Source: an uncultured Candidatus Saccharibacteria bacterium (lineage in GTDB: Bacteria > Patescibacteriota > Minisyncoccia > Phycocordibacterales > UBA9973). From it: DNA of 64,000 bases. Within the stretch, counting starts at the first letter, position 1, and the number at the start of each line of letters is the position of its first letter. A program made the position numbers and the translations under genes. The stretch lies in contig CAYYNN010000002.1 of NCBI GenBank assembly GCA_964473175.1, positions 4,563 through 68,562 on the forward strand, written 5' to 3'. Positions 1-9,189 of this stretch are shown here, in pieces. The notes under the pieces are model-generated. The model was not told where the DNA came from. It saw only the letters and a list, made by a program, of their open reading frames with translations, and made no database searches.

Positions 1-35
1 AACCTGCAGTTAGAAAAAGAGCCTAAAAAAGAAAG

Positions 36-62
36 AACGCCCCAAGCAGTACTTGGGGCGTT
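36..62. terminator. Intrinsic terminator-like hairpin (probably bidirectional)
   Basis: AACGCCCCAAG-cagta-CTTGGGGCGTT flanked by A and T runs, just past the 3' end of ORF 80..349. Confidence 0.65.
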
Positions 63-79
63 AGTTTTTTGGTGTTCAT

Positions 80-349
80 TCAAAACGAATGAATCTCTGC
101 TGGGTTTTCGTGGAACACCGTATCAGCGTCAACCACATGTCCATCAAAATGAGGATCAAACACTTTTTGTTTGCGTAATTTGCGGCGAACAAATCTCGCA
201 AACACAGTGATTTGATTTTGAAGTAAAGGTATCACACATGCCAGTCCGAAGCAGATCGTAGATAGTGCGAACTTGTCATCAACAAGGCAGATACCGCTTG
301 CGCCTATAAGCGCAAGACTTAGTCCGAATTTTTTCCAGGGGATAGTCAT
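80..349 (-). CDS. Small hypothetical membrane protein
   Basis: 89-aa ORF with two N-terminal hydrophobic segments followed by a basic stretch; terminator downstream. Confidence 0.55.
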   Translation of the reverse strand: MTIPWKKFGLSLALIGASGICLVDDKFALSTICFGLACVIPLLQNQITVFARFVRRKLRKQKVFDPHFDGHVVDADTVFHENPAEIHSF

Positions 350-408
350 ACTAAAGGAATTTACGTTTCCTCTATACTACCATATATTTCATAAAAGTAA
401 ATGTTTCG

Positions 409-1179
409 TTAGAGTTTGATATCGAGAAGTATGGGACAGTGGTCGCTGCCATAGTACTCAGCGAGCGTTTCAAATCCCTGAACCTTTTTCAGTAGAATAG
501 GGGACACAAAGAAATAATCAATGCGCCAGCCGACGTTGCGGTCCCGCGCCTTGGTCTTTTGGTCCCAATAGGTGTAGACATCCTTGAGGTCGGGATTGAG
601 TGCACGGTGTACATCAACCCATCCTTTTGCAATGAGCTTGTCCATCCATGCACGTTCGATAGGCAAGAAGCCTGTGTTCTCAGCATTCTCCTTGGGGCGG
701 GCGAGATCAATCTCGGTGTGAGCGGTATTTACATCTCCACAAAACACGACTGGCTTCTTTTTCTGTAGTTTCTCTATATAGATGAGAAATTGATCATAAA
801 AATCGAGTTTGTATTGTAGTCGCTCGGGACCACCTCCACCGTTGGGGAAGTAACAGGTGATGAGGTAGAAGTCTGCGTATTCGGCAGTGATCGTACGGCC
901 TTCATCATCAAGTGCAGGAAGTCCGATACCATACGCAACCGTTATAGGGGTTTCTCGAGTATAGATGGCAACCCCACTATACCCTTTCTTGAGTGTTGGC
1001 CATGCAAAGTATGACTCATACCCAAATACATCGCGTACCGAATCAGGGAGCTGCTCAGTCATTGCCTTTGTCTCCTGGAGACACACCATGTCGGGGTTGT
1101 ACTCAGCAAACAGTGGGTCAAAATGTCCCTGTTTATATGTTGCCCGCAAGCCGTTAGTGTTCCAAGAGATGATTTTCAT
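409..1179 (-). CDS. xth: Exodeoxyribonuclease III (AP endonuclease)
   Basis: MKIISWNTNGLR, CLQETK, GYSGVA, GDVNTAH, GWRIDYF and SDHCP motifs. Confidence 0.95.
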   Translation of the reverse strand: MKIISWNTNGLRATYKQGHFDPLFAEYNPDMVCLQETKAMTEQLPDSVRDVFGYESYFAWPTLKKGYSGVAIYTRETPITVAYGIGLPALDDEGRTITAEYADFYLITCYFPNGGGGPERLQYKLDFYDQFLIYIEKLQKKKPVVFCGDVNTAHTEIDLARPKENAENTGFLPIERAWMDKLIAKGWVDVHRALNPDLKDVYTYWDQKTKARDRNVGWRIDYFFVSPILLKKVQGFETLAEYYGSDHCPILLDIKL

Positions 1180-1264
1180 ACTGATATGGTAACAATAAAC
1201 GCATAAAATAAACAGGTAAATAAAAAAGCCCCCCCATACGAGAAGGCCTTAAAAGATGAAGAAA

Positions 1265-1618
1265 TTATTGTGACACTTCGGTGACATGTGTTATCGGTTG
1301 TACCGAGATGACATTGCTGTCTCTACCGAGCAGTCCTTTGTATGCAGCGTTGGCAATACGAAGGACTGTATCCTTTTCTTTTTTTTCTTTTACTAAGAAC
1401 ATGTGTGGTTCTATGGTGAAGTTCGTGTCTTTGGGCACAGTGAACGTTGCCCATGAACTATCGATCCATCCTTGGATATATCGATCATTACTACCATTTT
1501 TTTTCTTCACAAAATCCTTGGATGCAATAGCTGCAATACAGCCGACTACAACAATACTTACTGTTATCAAAAAAGGCTTTGATACACTCATTTTTCCATT
1601 CTTATTCATAACTAACAT
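1265..1618 (-). CDS. Hypothetical membrane-anchored protein (start uncertain, 1618 or 1609)
   Basis: ORF with one N-terminal hydrophobic helix; the longer ORF start runs into the upstream terminator hairpin. Confidence 0.5.
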   Translation of the reverse strand: MLVMNKNGKMSVSKPFLITVSIVVVGCIAAIASKDFVKKKNGSNDRYIQGWIDSSWATFTVPKDTNFTIEPHMFLVKEKKEKDTVLRIANAAYKGLLGRDSNVISVQPITHVTEVSQ

Positions 1619-1662
1619 TTTTGTTTTGCTATACCTTACCATATTTTTCGAGAAAATAAAAA

Positions 1663-1686
1663 AACCTCCCAAGTAGTTGGGAGGTT
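1663..1686 (-). terminator. Intrinsic terminator after ORF 1710..1970
   Basis: AACCTCCCAA-gtag-TTGGGAGGTT with an A run on the left (U-tract on the minus strand). Confidence 0.65.
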
Positions 1687-1709
1687 AACGATCTTCACAA
1701 AATCATACA

Positions 1710-1970
1710 TTACTGTTTTACCTCTTCTTTTAATACCTCAGGTTTCTTTTCAGGAACTGACATATTATATGACCCATCAGAGTTTAGGGTTACGGTACCC
1801 CCAGTTGTTTGCAACTGCGCTAGTACCTGCTTGATAGGTATATTCTTGCGAATTGGAGTATGACCTATGTTTTTGGAAACTCTGGGTAAACAGAGACATG
1901 AATCACTGCTAAAGGCAAACGAAGTAATAGACGTAGCGATTATAATCGCAAAAAGAATGATTTTTCTCAT
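1710..1970 (-). CDS. Hypothetical secreted protein
   Basis: MRKIILFAIIIATSITSFA signal peptide; consensus promoter upstream and terminator downstream. Confidence 0.55.
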   Translation of the reverse strand: MRKIILFAIIIATSITSFAFSSDSCLCLPRVSKNIGHTPIRKNIPIKQVLAQLQTTGGTVTLNSDGSYNMSVPEKKPEVLKEEVKQ

Positions 1971-2039
1971 TGATATTTGTTTTATTTGATTGTTATGGGT
2001 CATTCCAAGAGTAGGAATACCGTACTATTTATTGATTGT

Positions 2040-2067
2040 ATTATATCATTTTATAGAGTTTTGTCAA
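2040..2067 (-). promoter_or_regulatory. Sigma70 promoter
   Basis: TTGACA-16 nt-TATAAT on the minus strand. Confidence 0.7.
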
Positions 2068-2125
2068 GAACATTGATATATATCTCTCTTTGCCAAGAAT
2101 CAATATCGGAGTAGAATTAGATAGT

Positions 2126-2404
2126 ATGAAAAATCAATTTGAAGACTTAGTTGGTCCACGTTCTGAAGATCGAGAAGAAAAAATACTAGATGAAGTTGCT
2201 GCAGATGGGCAGCCTTTATGGATGGCGTTCCTCGCTGACCCTGAAGCACTTTCGATATCAAAAGAAGAAGTCGAGGATGCCAAAAATGCCTTGATTGAGG
2301 CCCAAGGAGACAACGCTATTGTTGTTGCTCTGTGTAAAAATAAAACAATCCCAGAATGCAAAACAATGCTCCAATCTTCTGAGAACTCCTCACTTGCTGC
2401 ATAA
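2126..2404 (+). CDS. Hypothetical protein
   Basis: ORF from ATG 2126, preceded by TAGAAT 8 nt upstream and followed by a terminator. Confidence 0.55.
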   Translation: MKNQFEDLVGPRSEDREEKILDEVAADGQPLWMAFLADPEALSISKEEVEDAKNALIEAQGDNAIVVALCKNKTIPECKTMLQSSENSSLAA

Positions 2405-2420
2405 ATACCTACTCTTTGTA

Positions 2421-2455
2421 TTAAAAAACTTCCACATCAAGTGGAAGTTTTTTAA
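2421..2455. terminator. Bidirectional terminator
   Basis: AAAAAACTTCCAC-atcaa-GTGGAAGTTTTTT between convergent genes. Confidence 0.75.
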
Positions 2456-3366
2456 CTTTTAGAATGGAACTTCTTGTGTACATCTCTCAACTGTTTATCC
2501 GTGATATGTGTATATATCTGAGTCGTTGCGATGTTGGCGTGACCGAGCATCATCTGGACTGAGCGAATGTCTGCGCCGTTAGATAACAGATTGGTAGCGA
2601 ATGAGTGGCGTAGTACATGGGGAGTGACTTTCTTGGATATGCCGGCCTTGATAGCGTATCCGCGAATAATACGTTCAATAGAGCGAGGGGAGAGTCGGCG
2701 GTCTTTGCGCCCCCCACCATTCTTTGCGATATCAACAAACATAGCTTCATCCATGTCTTTGCGTGCTTTGAGGTATGTCTTGATGGCAGTGCGCGCATCA
2801 TCGGAGATAAATACTACGCGGACCTTCTCACCCTTACCTCGTATTGAAAATTCGTCTTTCGTGAGGTCGAGGTCGGAGTTGAGCGAACAAAGTTCAGCGA
2901 GACGAAGTCCTGTAGAGAAAAACAGTTCGAGTAATGCCTTATCCCGAAGTCCTTTGATATCTGAGAGGTCTGGAGCTTTGAGCAGTCTGTTGAGTTCGTC
3001 GACAGTCATAAGGTCGAGATGGCGCGCACCAGTCTTTGCCAACTCAATCACATCAGGTGCAACACATTGAATGTTTCGCTTGCGACAGTATTTCAAAAAT
3101 GACCGAAGTGCGATCATATAGTAGTTCTGCGTGTTCTTTTTCATTGTTGCAGCAGATTGTCCACGAACTCTCACGCCAGACGCACGGTTGAGGATCAGTC
3201 GAAACTGACGAAGTGTTTCTTCATCAATGTCTTTTACCTGTTTTATATTCATATCAATCGCAAAACGAGTGAGGTAGTGATCATAGTTCTCAACTGTTTT
3301 AAGCGATCGCCCTTTTTCAATCTCAATGTATTCGAGGAATTGTCGTTTTGCAGTAGGGAAGTCCAT
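2452..3366 (-). CDS. XerC/XerD-family tyrosine recombinase
   Basis: RDKALLELFFSTGLRLAEL, GKGEKVR, HVLRHSFAT and LGHANIATTQIYTH catalytic motifs; likely start is MDFPTAK. Confidence 0.92.
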   Translation of the reverse strand: MDFPTAKRQFLEYIEIEKGRSLKTVENYDHYLTRFAIDMNIKQVKDIDEETLRQFRLILNRASGVRVRGQSAATMKKNTQNYYMIALRSFLKYCRKRNIQCVAPDVIELAKTGARHLDLMTVDELNRLLKAPDLSDIKGLRDKALLELFFSTGLRLAELCSLNSDLDLTKDEFSIRGKGEKVRVVFISDDARTAIKTYLKARKDMDEAMFVDIAKNGGGRKDRRLSPRSIERIIRGYAIKAGISKKVTPHVLRHSFATNLLSNGADIRSVQMMLGHANIATTQIYTHITDKQLRDVHKKFHSKS

Positions 3367-3448
3367 AAAACTAGTATAGCGTAGTATTATTGTGCGACAT
3401 ATACGCACTACTTGCTTTTTATAATATGGTATGGTACTATGTCTATCT

Positions 3449-3709
3449 ATGTTATCAACGAAGAAAAAGCAGTCAGTCATCAAGAAGCACCAGCTCCACA
3501 CCAAGGATACTGGATCTAAGAAGGTGCAAGTAGCAATGTTGACCGAAAAAATCGACCAACTCGCAACACACCTCAAGATGCACAAGAAAGACAACCACTC
3601 ACGACGTGGCCTCATCAAAATGGTAGCTGACCGACGAGGTCATATCAAGGTACTCGAGAAGACAAACCCTGAGCAACGCAACGACATTTTAAAAATAATC
3701 AAAAATTAA
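3449..3709 (+). CDS. rpsO: 30S ribosomal protein S15
   Basis: [13 protein letters not shown]...[19 protein letters not shown]. Confidence 0.96.
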   Translation: MLSTKKKQSVIKKHQLHTKDTGSKKVQVAMLTEKIDQLATHLKMHKKDNHSRRGLIKMVADRRGHIKVLEKTNPEQRNDILKIIKN

Positions 3710-3717
3710 CTTTCATC

Positions 3718-3742
3718 ATGTCCCGCTTCGGCGGGACATTTT
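3718..3742 (+). terminator. Terminator after rpsO
   Basis: ATGTCCCGC-TTCG-GCGGGACAT followed by T's. Confidence 0.75.
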
Positions 3743-3759
3743 GATGTATACTTACATTC

Positions 3760-4269
3760 ATGGCAATCATTAAACAAAAAGATCAACGAGTCGGCATTTT
3801 TATCGACGCACAAAACCTGTACCATACAGCAAAAAATTTATATAAACGAAAAGTAAACTTCTCTAACGTCGTCAAAGACGCTCTTGCTGGACGCAAACTT
3901 ATCAGAGCAATCGCGTACGTGATCACAACAGAGAGCAACGATGAGGGTGCGTTTTTTGACGCTTTAACGAAAAACGGTATTGAAACCAAATCAAAAGACC
4001 TCCAAATATTTTATGACGGTAGCAAGAAAGCTGACTGGGATATTGGACTCGCCATTGACGCAGTGTCTATGGCTCCAAAACTAGACGCAATCGTCATTGT
4101 TTCTGGGGACGGAGACTTTGTACCACTCTGTAACTATTTGAAATACCATCACGGTGTACAAGTAGAAGTTGTCACCTTTGGCAAAAGTGCGTCTGCAAGC
4201 CTCAAAGAGGTTGCCGATGATTTCCTCGATCTTTCAGCTAATGCAAAGAAGTACCTTATCGGCTATTAA
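3760..4269 (+). CDS. NYN-domain (LabA/DUF88) protein
   Basis: IFIDAQNLY, KADWDIGLAID, VSGDGDFVPL and ADDFLDL motifs. Confidence 0.9.
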   Translation: MAIIKQKDQRVGIFIDAQNLYHTAKNLYKRKVNFSNVVKDALAGRKLIRAIAYVITTESNDEGAFFDALTKNGIETKSKDLQIFYDGSKKADWDIGLAIDAVSMAPKLDAIVIVSGDGDFVPLCNYLKYHHGVQVEVVTFGKSASASLKEVADDFLDLSANAKKYLIGY

Positions 4270-4281
4270 TACAACGCCACC

Positions 4282-5169
4282 ATGCCTGAATCAGTAGATC
4301 CAACAATCCCTACTCCACCAAAACCAGTTCCACAACAACCGACTGGTCCTATTGTGCATACATATGAGTCAGACCTGGCACTTGCAATGGATACTACTGA
4401 TGCATCGGTAGTACAGGAACTTTTACAAACGGCACGGGAACGAGAAAATGCAGATAAGGAAAAAGAAGTAGTGCGTCGTCAAAAAGGATGGTACACCACT
4501 GGGGGAATCATTCTTTTTGTCCTGGCTCTCAGTGCCTCAATATATGGATACTATTATTATAAAAACCTCACCGTGGATGTTGCGGCAGTTCCATCAGTTG
4601 GAGTATTCCAAAGTACTGCAGCGCTGGTGACGAGTGACTCTGATCTCGCCAATAGTATTACCAAACTCACTACTGAAGATACTATTATAGAAGGCAAACC
4701 ATTACTTGTACCATTATATGCTGACGCAACAACACTTATTCCATTATCTCCCGAACAGACACTCGCGTACCTCAATATCAATCTTGGTGAACCATTTCTT
4801 GCCACGGTTTCACTTGTTCGTCTCGGTGTCTACAACAACGGAAATACTGTTTCGCCATTTTTAATATTCTCAGTACCCAATCCGGAAACAGCGACCAAGG
4901 AGTTCTTGCTCGCCGAGCCAAAACTGCTCGAACTCACCGCTCCGATTTTCAATATCAATCTTACGAACACTGCCAACCAAGTGGGTACAACTTTTGAAAG
5001 TACCTATATGTACAACCTTCCTGTACGAACGTTGACGGCTACAAATCTCGACACAAATATTAAAACGATACTTATGTACTACGGCTACGCAACAGATACC
5101 ACGATAGTTATTGCAACAAATCCAACCATTTTGAAGTCGGTATACGACACTATTATTAGGCAACGATAA
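4282..5169 (+). CDS. Hypothetical single-pass membrane protein
   Basis: Pro-rich N-terminus, HTYESD motif, one TM helix, large C-terminal domain. Confidence 0.7.
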   Translation: MPESVDPTIPTPPKPVPQQPTGPIVHTYESDLALAMDTTDASVVQELLQTARERENADKEKEVVRRQKGWYTTGGIILFVLALSASIYGYYYYKNLTVDVAAVPSVGVFQSTAALVTSDSDLANSITKLTTEDTIIEGKPLLVPLYADATTLIPLSPEQTLAYLNINLGEPFLATVSLVRLGVYNNGNTVSPFLIFSVPNPETATKEFLLAEPKLLELTAPIFNINLTNTANQVGTTFESTYMYNLPVRTLTATNLDTNIKTILMYYGYATDTTIVIATNPTILKSVYDTIIRQR

Positions 5170-5231
5170 GAGCATCTAGGTGTGCAAAACTTCACTTGTG
5201 CATTCCTATCAGCATGCTACTATGGCGTGTA

Positions 5232-5588
5232 ATGATACACACAAAACATTTTAACGAGAAGCTTGTGGCAGAAAAATCGAACCTTGAAGAAGAGCTCGGG
5301 GGTATTGCCATATTTAACACTGAAACCAATATCTGGGAAGCAACACCCGATCAAGATATGATGGGTGAGATAGATGACAACGATGCGGCAGATCGTTTTG
5401 AAGACTTCGAGGGACGCTCAGGAATGGTATCAACCCTTCAAGCGAGACTGACTGATGTGAACAATGCGATGGAAAAAATAGCGCAAGGGAAGTATGGTAC
5501 CTGCGAAACATGCGGAGAAAAGATCGAAGAAAACCGGCTCGAAGCGAACCCCAGTGCAAAGACGTGTAAGGCGCACATGAATGACTAA
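5232..5588 (+). CDS. DksA/TraR-family zinc-finger protein
   Basis: DxxDxA (DDNDAA), YGTCETCGEKI..RLEANP.A..CKAH. Confidence 0.85.
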   Translation: MIHTKHFNEKLVAEKSNLEEELGGIAIFNTETNIWEATPDQDMMGEIDDNDAADRFEDFEGRSGMVSTLQARLTDVNNAMEKIAQGKYGTCETCGEKIEENRLEANPSAKTCKAHMND

Positions 5589-5590
5589 CT

Positions 5591-5640
5591 AAATAGAAAT
5601 AAAAAAACAACTTTAACCAGTTGTTTTTTTATTTCTATTT
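5591..5640. terminator. Long AT-rich inverted repeat / terminator
   Basis: 22-bp perfect arms AAATAGAAATAAAAAAACAACT / AGTTGTTTTTTTATTTCTATTT. Confidence 0.65.
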
Positions 5641-5764
5641 TTAATTCAATTCGAGCATAACCTACATTAACGGGCGAGTATGACTGCATGTTTTGGGATG
5701 TGCTGTACCAACACACCTAATTGACTTTTGAACACATGAGAGTACAGTTGAACAAAACTATTAC

Positions 5765-6223
5765 ATGCAAACAACAATCGAATACGAAGCACAGCTTCAT
5801 TATGACTTTTTCTTAATACTCATTAAGAAATATGGAATGGAAGAAGTACTTAACAGTAAAAAAAAGATTAATGAATCTTATTATTGGTACCCATTCAATC
5901 AATACAATAGGCCGTACCGCGGTACAGAGATTTTCCTGAATGCAAATCAAAGCGAACATTTCGTCCTTGGACAAACAGTAAACGAAGATCCATTTTGTTA
6001 CACCGTATTTTATGATAGACCTTCACCCTCTGATGACTGGTCTGTTAACAGACATTTTGAAATTAAAGTATTACCTGATCAAATTTTGTACACACAGTTT
6101 ACTGGTCAACCACCAGTACCTCTTGATCGAGAAAGCAGAATCAAGATAAAACTGGGGCACGAGAAACTTCAAGAAGTATTTAGTGAGATTCGGGACTTCG
6201 TTCTTACCCTTCCAAAAAAATGA
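5765..6223 (+). CDS. Hypothetical protein
   Basis: 152-aa ORF with TTGACT-16-TACAGT promoter and a downstream hairpin. Confidence 0.6.
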   Translation: MQTTIEYEAQLHYDFFLILIKKYGMEEVLNSKKKINESYYWYPFNQYNRPYRGTEIFLNANQSEHFVLGQTVNEDPFCYTVFYDRPSPSDDWSVNRHFEIKVLPDQILYTQFTGQPPVPLDRESRIKIKLGHEKLQEVFSEIRDFVLTLPKK

Positions 6224-6307
6224 CCCTCTTTATTGACCACCATAATCGGTGGTCATTTGTTTCACAGACTTTAGAAAATCTTTATCTTTTTTTGCCATAC
6301 TTGTTTC

Positions 6308-7813
6308 ATGGCATTTTCCAGAATTAATAGCGCGCAACTTACCGGTCTCGGAGCGGTTGGTGTTGTAGTGGAAACTGATATCAATAGAGGACTCTATATG
6401 TTTCAAATAGTAGGCCTGCCCGACAAGAGTGTTGAGGAAAGTCGCGAGCGAGTGATCTCTGCACTTCGAAATGCATTAGATAAAAATCCTAAATCAGAAA
6501 ACCACAAAATCATTGTTTCACTCTCACCGGCAGAGCTTCGCAAAGAGGGTGCATACTTTGATGTTGCCATCGCACTTGGATATCTTTGTGCAACAGGAGA
6601 TCTTGTGTTTGATGCAGAACACAAACTATTCATTGGAGAACTTTCACTCAACGGAGAAATACGCCCTGTTCGTGGCATCATTTCAATAGCACAGTGGGCG
6701 AAAACTCATGGGTATACCGAGGTATATATTCCAAAAGATAATGAGGTAGAGGCGCAGCTTGTAGATGGCATAACTTTTTTTATTGTTCCAACCCTTGAGG
6801 CTCTGGTTTCACACCTTACCGGAGAAGAACTGTTACACGAAGTTGTGTACGCACAACCAGCACTCCTAGAGCATACTACTGATATTGATTTTGGTGATGT
6901 ACGCGGCCAACTCCAAGCCAAGCGTGCATTGATGATCGCAGCTGCAGGAGGACATAACATTGTTCTCTATGGACCACCAGGGACCGGTAAAAGTATGCTC
7001 GCAAAAGCATTTCATGGCATCATCCCCGCACTTTCTACACAAGAGTTTTTGGAAGTCGCAACAGTGTATTCAAGTATTGGACTGATCGATACGGTGTTGC
7101 ACGGTGCCGTACCTTTGCGCGCACCGCATCATAGCGCATCACATGTTGCGATTATTGGTGGAGGGCAACATTTGCGACCAGGGGATATTACACTGGCACA
7201 TCGCGGAATTTTATATATGGATGAATTTCCTGAATTTGATCGACGGGTGATTGAAGCACTTCGTGAACCGATCGAAGAAGGTTCGATCACGGTTGCTCGC
7301 GCAAAAGGAAGTATCAAGTATCCTGCGCAATTTATTTTACTTGCAGCAATGAATCCATGTCCGTGCGGATATCGGGGAAGTGGTGTAAAACATTGCACCT
7401 GCAGTGGGTCAGAAATTGCTCGATATAACAAAAAACTTTCAGGGCCTATTATTGATCGTATTGATTTGTGGGTACCCGTACAACATGTCGAATACGCAAC
7501 ACTCCACGAAGATGCCAAAGAAAAAGAAAGCACGAGTGTGCGAACAAAGGTAGCTACCGTTAGAAACATTCAACACCTTCGATATGGCAAACTAAACTCA
7601 GCACTTACTTCAAACGAAGTACAGAGCAGTACCAATCTCTGTGATGATGCACGCAAACAATTACAGATCTACGCAGAAAAGTTAAAACTTTCTCCACGCG
7701 TATATATGCGCACTATTAAAGTTGCTCGAACAATTGCAGACCTGGATGCTTCCGCAGATATTTTGTTATCCCATATTTTGGAAGCACTGCAATACCGTCC
7801 CAAATTTGAATAA
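6308..7813 (+). CDS. comM: ComM/YifB Mg-chelatase-like AAA+ ATPase
   Basis: IVGLPDKSVEESRER, GPPGTGKS, RAPHHSAS, DEFPEF, AAMNPCPCG, SGPIIDRID. Confidence 0.92.
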   Translation: MAFSRINSAQLTGLGAVGVVVETDINRGLYMFQIVGLPDKSVEESRERVISALRNALDKNPKSENHKIIVSLSPAELRKEGAYFDVAIALGYLCATGDLVFDAEHKLFIGELSLNGEIRPVRGIISIAQWAKTHGYTEVYIPKDNEVEAQLVDGITFFIVPTLEALVSHLTGEELLHEVVYAQPALLEHTTDIDFGDVRGQLQAKRALMIAAAGGHNIVLYGPPGTGKSMLAKAFHGIIPALSTQEFLEVATVYSSIGLIDTVLHGAVPLRAPHHSASHVAIIGGGQHLRPGDITLAHRGILYMDEFPEFDRRVIEALREPIEEGSITVARAKGSIKYPAQFILLAAMNPCPCGYRGSGVKHCTCSGSEIARYNKKLSGPIIDRIDLWVPVQHVEYATLHEDAKEKESTSVRTKVATVRNIQHLRYGKLNSALTSNEVQSSTNLCDDARKQLQIYAEKLKLSPRVYMRTIKVARTIADLDASADILLSHILEALQYRPKFE

Positions 7814-7850
7814 ACAAAAACCACATCTTTATCTGATGTGGTTTTTGTTT
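7812..7850. terminator. Bidirectional terminator
   Basis: AAACAAAAACCACATC / GATGTGGTTTTTGTTT between convergent genes. Confidence 0.75.
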
Positions 7851-8977
7851 TAAAATTTTGTTCCTTTTTTAAAAGTAGCAAATGGATTTTTGGGACCATT
7901 TAAAATTTTGAAGTGGAGGTGGGGACCTGTAGAAAGTCCGGAGTTACCCGAGAGTCCAATAACTTGGCCCTGTGTTACGGTGTCACCAACTGACACATTG
8001 ATATCTGAAAGGTGTCCGTACAATGTCTGCGATCCTGCAGGATGTGTGATAACAATATATTGTCCATACCCTCCATTATACCCAGAACTTTTTGCAATGA
8101 TAACGTTTCCTGCTGCTGCTGCATACACCGTTGTTCCAATTTTTGCTCCGAAATCTACGGCATTTCCATCATGAATACCTTGTGTTAGTATCGCTCCTGG
8201 AATCGGGTTTATATATACTGATGTATGTGATGCACTCGTGTCAGTTGATGCTTCTTCTTTTTCGATGACATCATTTCGAGTGTTGGCAACAGGGGGCACT
8301 ATTTTCTCTTTGGGTGATGTAGTAGTTGTTGTTTTAGTTTTTGCAGCAACTTTTACTACTGGTGCTTTTACAACAATAGGTTCAGCTCCTGGGATAATGA
8401 GCTCAAGACCTACCTTGATTGCATCTGCTTCGATATCATTAAATTTGAGAATGTCTTCTTGATTTGCATCAAACTTTACGGCAATACCTGAAAGCGTATC
8501 ACCCTTTTTGACGACGTACTTTACGCCAGTTACCGGAAGTATTACCAGCTCATCCCCAATAGAAATCTTGGATGTTTTTTGAGTAAGGTCATTTGCCCAT
8601 CGAACGGTGTTAATAGAAATATTAAACTTTGCGGCAATACCTGAAAGCGTATCTCCATCTTTAACGATATATGTAGTAATAATAGGATCAAACGATTCTT
8701 CGGCGACAATAGTATTTTCTTCTACTTGGTCACTTGTTACCTCACCGGCGGATGGAAGGGAGGTAGTTTCATCTTTGACTTGATTGGGCGATATAGCGCT
8801 AGCCTTAATGTTAAGTTGTCCGACAACACTATGGACCAGTCCTACATTAATAAGTAATAGTGGAAGAATAATATATATTATTTGCTTCTTTCCGATGTTT
8901 TTAGAAATACTATTAAAAAACTTCTTGGAACGTTTGGGAACGTCTGACGACGAACCGTTTGAATCTGTATGTATCAT
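7850..8977 (-). CDS. LysM-repeat M23-family peptidase
   Basis: Two LysM repeats (YxVKxGDTLSGIA), HxxxxD-type Zn site (HDGNAVD), YGHLS, STGPHLHF. Confidence 0.9.
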   Translation of the reverse strand: MIHTDSNGSSSDVPKRSKKFFNSISKNIGKKQIIYIILPLLLINVGLVHSVVGQLNIKASAISPNQVKDETTSLPSAGEVTSDQVEENTIVAEESFDPIITTYIVKDGDTLSGIAAKFNISINTVRWANDLTQKTSKISIGDELVILPVTGVKYVVKKGDTLSGIAVKFDANQEDILKFNDIEADAIKVGLELIIPGAEPIVVKAPVVKVAAKTKTTTTTSPKEKIVPPVANTRNDVIEKEEASTDTSASHTSVYINPIPGAILTQGIHDGNAVDFGAKIGTTVYAAAAGNVIIAKSSGYNGGYGQYIVITHPAGSQTLYGHLSDINVSVGDTVTQGQVIGLSGNSGLSTGPHLHFKILNGPKNPFATFKKGTKF

Positions 8978-9189
8978 AGGTAGGAAATCATTTTACCAAG
9001 GAAATACAGTATCATGTTGATACGACAATATTTGATCTTTATAGTCAATAGTTTTTAGCCGGAAAACCCTTGTTTTAAGGTGTTTTGACAAATATCACAA
9101 GTGCCTGTACTGTGCCATGTTCCTTCAATATCCTTATGTAGCAACACTCATTTTCCCTTTATGAATAAATCGAGTACACTCTACTGACT

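Noticed and set aside
36-3366. Integron (tyrosine recombinase plus AAC...GTT hairpins as attC sites)
   Set aside because: Hairpins are about 25-35 bp perfect stems typical of terminators, too short for attC and without extrahelical bases; the recombinase is XerC/D-like with no evident IntI insertion
3367-3618. N-terminal extension of the recombinase ORF to 3618
   Set aside because: It overlaps rpsO on the opposite strand; ATG 3366 has its own -10 box
8479-8652. Direct repeat GGCAATACCTGAAAGCGTATC
   Set aside because: Explained by the two LysM domains of the M23 peptidase
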